DNA of 12,412 bases from a virus (lineage: Duplodnaviria; Heunggongvirae; Uroviricota; Caudoviricetes), in the IMG/VR virus record IMGVR_UViG_3300017766_004476, positions 1-12,412 of that record. The stretch is one strand, 5' to 3'. The notes under the pieces are model-generated. The model searched no databases and was not told where the DNA came from. It saw nothing but the letters and a program-made list of their open reading frames with translations. The stretch's first letter is position 1, and each line of letters starts with the position of its first letter. This document shows, piece by piece, positions 1-6,418 of the stretch. Both the position numbers and the translations under genes were made by a program.

Positions 1-164
1 AGTGTATAATCCTTTTCGGTGTTATTAATCGGATGCTCTTTACCTACCTTTCGAGTACAGCTATCTACATACTGAATCTGATCATTACCTTTATAATGTT
101 CTTTCAATCTATCAATTAATGTAGTCTTACCTGTACTATGTGAACCTGTGAAAGCAATTAACAT
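1..164 (-). CDS. Partial P-loop NTPase / nucleotide-kinase-like protein (AAA_28/NadR- or dNMP-kinase-like); runs off the left edge
   Basis: Not in the ORF track. Manual translation from ATG at 164 gives MLIAFTGSHSTGKTTLIDRLKEHYKGNDQIQYVDSCTRKVGKEHPINNTEKDYT, open to base 1. N-terminal hydrophobic strand plus Walker A GSHSTGKTT. Confidence 0.75.
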   Translation of the reverse strand, partial: MLIAFTGSHSTGKTTLIDRLKEHYKGNDQIQYVDSCTRKVGKEHPINNTEKDYT

Positions 165-170
165 ATAAGA

Positions 171-198
171 ATAATATATGAATTTTACATATTATCAA
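171..198 (-). promoter_or_regulatory. Sigma70-like promoter for the kinase-like gene
   Basis: TTGATA (198-193), 16-nt spacer, TATTAT (176-171), then 6 nt to the ATG at 164 (leaderless geometry). AT-rich background lowers certainty. Confidence 0.5.
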
Positions 199-203
199 CA
201 GGA

Positions 204-211
204 TATAAATA
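204..211 (+). promoter_or_regulatory. T4-type late promoter (gp55 consensus)
   Basis: Exact TATAAATA, 5 nt upstream of the ATG at 217. Confidence 0.7.
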
Positions 212-216
212 ATAAT

Positions 217-1029
217 ATGGTTCACTTTAAACAATTTCTGCATGAGAATGCTCTTCCTGAGAGTCACAAATATCTCTCTGGTAAAGTACTTCACACATTA
301 AGAGATAATGAAGACTTAGTAAAGGTAATTCGTTCAGGTCTTAGAGCTGAATCTAATGTGACTCTTGACGGAGGAAAGCCTAATCAATCTCTCGGGTATG
401 GTATTACTTTAGTCTACAATAGAGAAGATGTAGATGCATCACCAAAAGGATATAATGAAAATGATGGTATACTAAATTCCCGAATTAGAAAATTACCTGT
501 TGCTATTTTTATAGAGCAAGAAGAAGTAGACATGATTACCTATAAGACCTTTACAGAAGAAGAGATTGCCCATAAGTTAGAGCAAATGTACCCACAGCTC
601 GAAGCAGAGCGCCTCTTTATTAAAAAACACAGAGAAGAGAACCCACCTCATTTTGTAGTTAAAGAAATGGATGATTACTTTGCTGCAATGCAAGAAGTAA
701 TGAATAAAACAGATATGTCAGTCATTATGACCGGAAAGGGAAAGTATAAGGTGGTTAGAGATAATCCAAACTATAAACCCATCAAGCTTAATTGGTATGG
801 AGAGACTGATAAACTTTCAAAACTTAGAGCAGAGTATGAGCAATGGCATGCGCGGTATGATGAGCTTTTAGATCGTCAGTTACAGGAACCAGGACTAAAA
901 AAAGTGCCTGAGACTAATGAATCTCAGGCAGTTGAATATCTTATAAAGGGTATACCAGAAAATATTCCCGTATATCTCTATGAACTTTCAGAAGATGAAG
1001 AGGTCATCAATATTAGAAAAGTGCGCTAA
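217..1029 (+). CDS. Putative virion head internal protein (270 aa) with a capsid-targeting-like N-terminus; possible ADP-ribosyltransferase fold
   Basis: Start moved from 178 to 217 because a TATAAATA lies just upstream and MVHFKQFLHE aligns with the T4 internal-protein targeting sequence MKTYQEFIAE. VLHT...VIRSGLRA and LGYGITLVY weakly resemble ART motifs. The ORF is well supported; the function is tentative. Confidence 0.65.
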   Translation: MVHFKQFLHENALPESHKYLSGKVLHTLRDNEDLVKVIRSGLRAESNVTLDGGKPNQSLGYGITLVYNREDVDASPKGYNENDGILNSRIRKLPVAIFIEQEEVDMITYKTFTEEEIAHKLEQMYPQLEAERLFIKKHREENPPHFVVKEMDDYFAAMQEVMNKTDMSVIMTGKGKYKVVRDNPNYKPIKLNWYGETDKLSKLRAEYEQWHARYDELLDRQLQEPGLKKVPETNESQAVEYLIKGIPENIPVYLYELSEDEEVINIRKVR

Positions 1030-1556
1030 AGCAGCTTTCTAAGAAGGGTGACCCATATATCAATAGAAAGACCTTTAATATTATTTGTCAAGCTATCTAA
1101 TGTATCTGTAGGTGTAATAGTATAAGGAGCTCTACTCACAATTTCACCGCAATCTACTTCTGCAGTAACTCGATGAATCACCGTACCAGTTGTGGGCAAC
1201 TTTAACTCTAGAGCCTTCTTTTGTGGATTAAAGCCCTTGAGTTCAGGATATTGAACTATATCACCAGGATGCCCATTATAGATCTCATAATCATTACAAA
1301 TTTCCGGTGGTATAATACGGAGATAACCATGTAATGTTACAATAGTATCCTTTCGATCACCAATAGCTTTATAGTAATCACCTACAGATGGCTTTTGAGG
1401 TACCCCTAATAGGATTGTATGCTTTAAAAGCTCTTGATTAATACCTTCAAAGTGATTTCTATTACAGATAACATAGTCAGGATACCTACCTAGTTTCTTT
1501 GATATTTGTTCAAGCTCTGAACCAGTTTGACTAAAGAGCGATATCCATCTTTTCAT
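1026..1556 (-). CDS. dpdN: PurN-like 10-formyl-THF-dependent formyltransferase; by context a DpdN-like dPreQ1 formyltransferase
   Basis: Motifs FSQTGSEL (PurN SGNGSNL loop), LHGYLRII (LAGYMRIL), YNGHPG and HRVTAEVDCG give an intact N94-H96-D135 catalytic triad. Lies two genes downstream of a DpdA-like gene in the same unit. The fold is confident; the dpdN assignment is contextual. Confidence 0.8.
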   Translation of the reverse strand: MKRWISLFSQTGSELEQISKKLGRYPDYVICNRNHFEGINQELLKHTILLGVPQKPSVGDYYKAIGDRKDTIVTLHGYLRIIPPEICNDYEIYNGHPGDIVQYPELKGFNPQKKALELKLPTTGTVIHRVTAEVDCGEIVSRAPYTITPTDTLDSLTNNIKGLSIDIWVTLLRKLL

Positions 1557-1981
1557 TGCGGATCCTTTGATGAATCATATTCATGAGGCCTTATAATATC
1601 TAATAGAGCAGGGTAATCATTAATTCTCTTAGTATGAATAAAAACATTACTGCACACTAATTGATGTTTTTCATCTGTAGAAAATTGAATCTTGATGTAC
1701 GCATCTTCTCTGATTTGAAAGATTGATGTCCACATAAAGCTTCCATTAGATAAAAAGGCACCTTGAGTACCTACTAACATATCCCTTAATGTATCTAAGA
1801 GAGAATACTTACAAGGATATATATGAGGAGTGACTACATTTACCTTATGATTATGCCAAATGTATTTTATAAACTCTTCTACATCTGATGTGGTTGATTC
1901 TTCAAAAAGCCATTTATATCTAGTGAGAAACTCACTAACAATTTCCTGATTAGACTTTTTTGTAAGTTTATTATGAAACAT
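1553..1981 (-). CDS. Hypothetical protein (142 aa) between dpdA-like and dpdN-like genes
   Basis: Tightly coupled on both sides: starts 1 nt after the upstream TAA and ends in an ATGA overlap with the formyltransferase start. No motif recognised. Confidence 0.7.
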   Translation of the reverse strand: MFHNKLTKKSNQEIVSEFLTRYKWLFEESTTSDVEEFIKYIWHNHKVNVVTPHIYPCKYSLLDTLRDMLVGTQGAFLSNGSFMWTSIFQIREDAYIKIQFSTDEKHQLVCSNVFIHTKRINDYPALLDIIRPHEYDSSKDPQ

Positions 1982-1982
1982 A

Positions 1983-2810
1983 TTATTTAATTAGATTTGT
2001 ACGGAAGTATTCCACATTATAATTGATACGCTCCATCTCATCATCAGTTACCTTATGAGTGATCATTTCTGCAAGCATCTGAGAAGGCTTATGCCAGAGA
2101 CCAAACTCTTTATCATATGTATAACCTAAAATACCTGCAACCACTGGATTTGATGTATCACAAGATCTAATATTATTAATATCATGTGTTGTATAGAATT
2201 TAAATTCCTGTGCAAGGCTACAGCCCAACAAATGAATAGGCTTCTTCATATCCCAGATACCTTCAACCATTAACCCAGCAATAAAGCGTTGACGACCAGT
2301 GCACCAAATCTGAAGCTGTTTAGTACGTTCATCAACAACGCGACCCTTATTAAACACCTCGCCAATTTCATTATATGCAGCAAGATCAAAGCTGATTGCA
2401 ATCTGATCAGCCCAATCACACATAAATTTGTAGCATTCAACCATCTCTTCAATAGTTGCACCCTGAACTACACCAATTCGTCTTCCAGGAAGCTTACTAT
2501 ACTCTTTCATCCATGCTGCATAATTATCAATGGTTTCTTGCTTGTCCTGAAGGCTATCAGGAACAATGTAACAAGTAGGTTTAAGTTTATCAACCCACCC
2601 TGCAAAAGCCTGTGCATCAAATGCCTTTTTGAGTTCAAAGATGCTGTTATCAAGTAACACTTCACGATCTACAGCTAATGACTTAGCAAAGAAGTCATAA
2701 TACTCGGGATGCTTATCAAAAAGATGAACTAAGGCATATTCATAGTCATTATAATATCTAGATTCATCGAGGATTGATATAGGTGATTCGTGTGATGTAA
2801 GTATTCGCAT
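1983..2810 (-). CDS. dpdA: TGT-fold guanine transglycosylase, DpdA-like (possibly DpdA3 type)
   Basis: TGT-like motifs in the correct order: LLD54NS (DSG-type catalytic Asp), VPD85, VVQ116G, H193LLG, SCD218TSNP (nucleophilic Asp). At 275 aa it lacks the Cys/His zinc site of tRNA TGTs, as expected for phage DNA-acting paralogs. Confidence 0.8.
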   Translation of the reverse strand: MRILTSHESPISILDESRYYNDYEYALVHLFDKHPEYYDFFAKSLAVDREVLLDNSIFELKKAFDAQAFAGWVDKLKPTCYIVPDSLQDKQETIDNYAAWMKEYSKLPGRRIGVVQGATIEEMVECYKFMCDWADQIAISFDLAAYNEIGEVFNKGRVVDERTKQLQIWCTGRQRFIAGLMVEGIWDMKKPIHLLGCSLAQEFKFYTTHDINNIRSCDTSNPVVAGILGYTYDKEFGLWHKPSQMLAEMITHKVTDDEMERINYNVEYFRTNLIK

Positions 2811-2818
2811 ATAAGTTA

Positions 2819-2847
2819 ATAGTATTAGAGCCTGAGTGAAAATGCAA
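2819..2847 (-). promoter_or_regulatory. Sigma70-like (early) promoter of the dpdA unit
   Basis: TTGCAT (2847-2842), 17-nt spacer, TACTAT (2824-2819), 8 nt before the ATG at 2810. Confidence 0.6.
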
Positions 2848-2853
2848 ATGTTA

Positions 2854-2861
2854 TTTAAATA
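2854..2861 (+). promoter_or_regulatory. T4-type late promoter, one mismatch
   Basis: TTTAAATA, 5 nt before the ATG at 2867 (same spacing as 204-211). It sits in the palindrome TTATTTAAATAA (2851-2862), so the motif is also present on the minus strand. Confidence 0.55.
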
Positions 2862-2866
2862 ATTAT

Positions 2867-3592
2867 ATGGTAGAAACTAATACAGCACTGAAGTCTCTAA
2901 GAAATACGGTAACCAATACATCTAGTACGGTTTATTCGGATGTAAAGAGTATTGTTCTATCGCCTGTTGATACAGTTAAACGAACGGGTGCGCTTATTAA
3001 CGATCTACCCAATCTTCCATTAGTCAACAACATCTCTATTGCAGATCTAAAAAACTTTGTCACAGAACCATCTAAATCAGACTTAACAAAGTTTATCGAG
3101 AAGTCTACAAATCTCTCATTTAGCAGTCTTTCAAAGCAAAATTTATTAAATCAATTCCAGGATGGGCTTGGAAGCCTTCAAAGTATATTAGTAGGTGAAC
3201 TTAGAAACTGTATTGATAGACATTTAAGGAATATCGCGCGCGATATTAAATTTGTAGACATCGCTCTTAACTTTGATAGAATTTTAGGAAGAAAGATTGG
3301 AGAAGTACGCTCGAAGATAAACAATAAGGTGAATTCTGAATATGAGAAGTTATTGTACAACAAACTTAAAATTCAGAGGCGTGCATTAATTCGTCAGAAG
3401 GTAACAGATAGTATTCGTAAAATCTGTCCTGATGCTTCTGCTTCGAGACTCAAGAAGTATCAAACATCTCCTGACTACAGAGAGATTGAAACACAGCGAG
3501 CAGCTTTAAACACTGCACAGACAGTTAATAATCAATTGGTTGCTTCTGTAAATACTCCAGTAAATAATAATACCTGGAAGAACTTAGTATAA
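2867..3592 (+). CDS. Hypothetical protein (241 aa), probably late/structural, coupled to the gp5-like spike gene
   Basis: Long ORF with a late-promoter motif; its stop lies 1 nt before the gp5 ATG. No family recognised. Confidence 0.7.
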   Translation: MVETNTALKSLRNTVTNTSSTVYSDVKSIVLSPVDTVKRTGALINDLPNLPLVNNISIADLKNFVTEPSKSDLTKFIEKSTNLSFSSLSKQNLLNQFQDGLGSLQSILVGELRNCIDRHLRNIARDIKFVDIALNFDRILGRKIGEVRSKINNKVNSEYEKLLYNKLKIQRRALIRQKVTDSIRKICPDASASRLKKYQTSPDYREIETQRAALNTAQTVNNQLVASVNTPVNNNTWKNLV

Positions 3593-3593
3593 C

Positions 3594-5990
3594 ATGTCAG
3601 ATATCAATCATAGCAATTTACATGAATCGTCAAAGGGTAGATCATCAAAACAGAAATATTTTGGTCATTACCTCGGTATAGTAGTTCAAAATAACGATCC
3701 CGAAAAACGAGGCAGAGTTAAAGTCTTTGTACCTCATGTATCTCCTACTGTATATAAAAATTGGCTTTCAGTCAATACTAAGAAGAAATTTAAGTTTATA
3801 GGTAATAATATCGACTCTGACTTAACGCTTATTATTGATGAGCTTAGAGATATACTTCCTTGGTCAGAATGTGCAGCACCTTTAGCTGGTGAATCTTCTT
3901 CAGGTAGATATAATGCATATACAAAGCTAGCAACGACATCAGATGGAAATATTTCATCACTTTCGTTCCCATCTTCTGCATCACCTACAAAATACAGTCT
4001 TAATAAAGAAAATATATCCGAAAAGCCAGGAAGGCTTTATGAAGTCAATACGAGTAGAGTTAATGATGCATTTAATGGAACAGACATAGAGTCATCAAGA
4101 ATTCTTAACAAGTATTCTCATAACTATATCCCATCTACTTATTCAAACACATCTAAAGGATCATTCTCAATCCCCCGGGTAGGTTCTCACCTGTGGTGCT
4201 TCTTTACTAATGGTGATCCAATGTTTCCAATATATTTCGCAGTATCATACAATCAAGAAGATTGGAAGGGTATATATGAGCTTAACTCTGAAGGTACTCC
4301 CGACTACCCATCTGATTATGAGAACAGTAGCGTTAAGGAAACTCCTAACTATGGACCTGAAAATGATAAGTATCGAAATAAATGGGTAATGTCTCAGAAG
4401 GGCGGTGTAATAGAAATCGTTAATACTGACAATAGAGAAGTATTAAGGTTTACTCATTATAGCGGGTCATTTATCGAGTTCAACAATAACACTGCAATAG
4501 AGTTTAATTCTAAGAATAAACAGACATTAACTCAAGGAGATGAATTTAAAACGATAAGGGGTAATAAGGCTCTTTATGTTGATGGTATATTGGATCAAAC
4601 TATCAGAGGAGATGTGTATCGGACTGTAGGTTATAAAAAGTATGATAAGTTTTCGAGTTGGCGTGAAATAATGAGAGAGATCGCCGATGCAAAACAACTC
4701 TTTGATATTCGCCGTGCTGATTATGTATTAAATGAAATATATCAAGATGTATCACCCCTTCAAGTAAAATCACCAGGAGGGTTAATAGGTCACGCTCCTT
4801 GTCCATTATGCTCAGCAGAAGGAAGACAGAAGTATTGGAAAAATAATCACACTCTCATATCGTATAGTAATGTTAACCGCTATGACTCACCTCCACCTAA
4901 TGGCTCTACTCAACCTGCAGGTACCTTTACTACCATTGTAGATATGGTTGATGATTCTGCGAGCTTTAGTAATGTTAGTTATACTGGAGGTAGTTTACCA
5001 GAATTTATCCAAGGACCTACCGCACCTCGAAGCTTTCTCGGGGAAGTATGTCCGGTATGCTTAGGTACTGGTAAATCTCCTTCATCTCAAAATGGTAACT
5101 TTACCAATGAAAATAAAGACTCAGAAGTAATCATAAAACTTCGTGATAAAATTAAGCAATTAACTGAACTTGAAAGAGAGCTCGGTATTGGAGGGTCTGA
5201 AATTGTAACCATAGCTAAGCATCGTGTAGAGAACATTGGTTTATTGATGAATAACTTTCCTGCTATTAGGGTAGATTACATCGGTAAAGCTGCACCTGGT
5301 GAAGTATATATTCTTCCTGAAGGTGTAGTAAATGCATATGAACCTGCACCAGTTATAGAATTAGTACACGTTGATGACCTACCTGGAGGTAATGCGTCAT
5401 TAAATGTTGCAAACAAATATAATGTCACAGTAGGTTCGGGAGGTATTAATATTAAGACTACTGGTGTAGTTAACTTTGGTGGTGTAGTTACTAATATTGC
5501 AGGTAAGCAGGTCAACATCGGAAGTGAGCTTGAAACAAATATTTCATCTAAGCGTGTTACCATAGATGCAGATTACATCACTCTTAAGAATCGTAAATTT
5601 AAACAAGTGGTTGTTGAAGGTAACCTCGGAGTAACTCAAAATGTTATTATCGGAGGAGGTCTCCATGTTGAAGGTGAGTTATCAGTCAACCATATCACTG
5701 CCCCAGTAGAAATTCAAGAGACAGAAGAAGTAATCCTCCAGGGATGGATAGATGATGAGAATGTCCAGAAGATGCAATCAACTGGACCAGGAGGACCTAT
5801 TATCTTAATAGACCCTAATGACCCTGTATTGGTACACTTTGCGCCGCACTCACATCAATTTAGAAATATACCTCTTACATTGACTACATCTAACGTAGCA
5901 TTAAGAAAGATTGCAGCTGTTAATCAGAATGCATCTAAAGCTCCATCTATGCCAGTTCGACACGAGAAGAAGGTAGATGTTAGTTTATAA
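3594..5990 (+). CDS. gp5: Baseplate hub / central tail spike, gp5/VgrG-like (798 aa)
   Basis: N-terminal OB-fold signatures YLGIVVQNNDPEKRGRVKVFVP, LPWSECAAP and IPRVGSHLWCFFTNGDPMFPIYF. Gly/Val/Asn/Thr-rich beta-helix-like C-terminal half ending in an HSH motif. No lysozyme domain seen. Confidence 0.85.
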   Translation: MSDINHSNLHESSKGRSSKQKYFGHYLGIVVQNNDPEKRGRVKVFVPHVSPTVYKNWLSVNTKKKFKFIGNNIDSDLTLIIDELRDILPWSECAAPLAGESSSGRYNAYTKLATTSDGNISSLSFPSSASPTKYSLNKENISEKPGRLYEVNTSRVNDAFNGTDIESSRILNKYSHNYIPSTYSNTSKGSFSIPRVGSHLWCFFTNGDPMFPIYFAVSYNQEDWKGIYELNSEGTPDYPSDYENSSVKETPNYGPENDKYRNKWVMSQKGGVIEIVNTDNREVLRFTHYSGSFIEFNNNTAIEFNSKNKQTLTQGDEFKTIRGNKALYVDGILDQTIRGDVYRTVGYKKYDKFSSWREIMREIADAKQLFDIRRADYVLNEIYQDVSPLQVKSPGGLIGHAPCPLCSAEGRQKYWKNNHTLISYSNVNRYDSPPPNGSTQPAGTFTTIVDMVDDSASFSNVSYTGGSLPEFIQGPTAPRSFLGEVCPVCLGTGKSPSSQNGNFTNENKDSEVIIKLRDKIKQLTELERELGIGGSEIVTIAKHRVENIGLLMNNFPAIRVDYIGKAAPGEVYILPEGVVNAYEPAPVIELVHVDDLPGGNASLNVANKYNVTVGSGGINIKTTGVVNFGGVVTNIAGKQVNIGSELETNISSKRVTIDADYITLKNRKFKQVVVEGNLGVTQNVIIGGGLHVEGELSVNHITAPVEIQETEEVILQGWIDDENVQKMQSTGPGGPIILIDPNDPVLVHFAPHSHQFRNIPLTLTTSNVALRKIAAVNQNASKAPSMPVRHEKKVDVSL

Positions 5991-6416
5991 GCTTATCAAG
6001 TCACTTAATTTGTGAACCTTAACACCTCTGCGCTTTAAAAACTCTATAGAAGGTAAACTCGTCTCATATGAATCGAGATAGACTACTCTACTGATTTTAG
6101 CACCTACTAGTAATTTACTACATGGTAGACAAGGTAAGAGAGTTATATAGCAGGTAGCACCTTCACTTGATTGAGTACTACAAGCCAATTTTAAGATAGC
6201 ATTTTCTTCTGCATGATAGACTTCTGGTTTAGTCTTACCCTGTTCATCTTCACAGCAATTATCGTCACCAGAGGGAGTACCATTATAACCATCGCTGATT
6301 ATTTGAGTACCCTTTACTATAAAGCAACCTACTTTACGGCGCTTTGAGGGAGACAGCTCAGCCCATTGCTGAGCCATCTCTATGTATTTCTTATCAAGTT
6401 CTAATTGATTTGCCAT
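5985..6416 (-). CDS. cd: dCMP deaminase
   Basis: HAEENAI and PCLPC zinc-deaminase motifs, plus KVGC...DGYNGTPSG. Confidence 0.95.
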   Translation of the reverse strand: MANQLELDKKYIEMAQQWAELSPSKRRKVGCFIVKGTQIISDGYNGTPSGDDNCCEDEQGKTKPEVYHAEENAILKLACSTQSSEGATCYITLLPCLPCSKLLVGAKISRVVYLDSYETSLPSIEFLKRRGVKVHKLSDLISL

Positions 6417-6418
6417 AA

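Noticed and set aside
178-216. ORF-track start at 178 for the first plus-strand gene
   Set aside because: It would leave only 13 nt to the divergent ATG at 164. The segment holds promoter motifs, and the ATG at 217 gives a late promoter plus a capsid-targeting N-terminus.
1026-1556. PurN as a purine-biosynthesis auxiliary metabolic gene
   Set aside because: The protein is divergent (NGHPG, QTGSE), has no other pur genes nearby and is coupled to a DpdA-like gene; a DNA-modification role fits better, although the purine role is not formally excluded.
2270-2657. ORFs 2270-2461 (-) and 2289-2657 (+)
   Set aside because: Alternative-frame or antisense shadows of dpdA with no motifs or start signals.
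1983-2810. Canonical tRNA-guanine transglycosylase (tgt)
   Set aside because: Too short, and lacks the C-terminal CxCxxC...H zinc site of tRNA TGTs.
3178-5563. ORFs 3178-3363, 4603-4806 and 5276-5563 (all -)
   Set aside because: Antisense shadows of the 241-aa gene and gp5.
3594-5990. T4-type lysozyme domain in gp5
   Set aside because: No E-x8-D-x5-T lysozyme motif or similar segment recognised.
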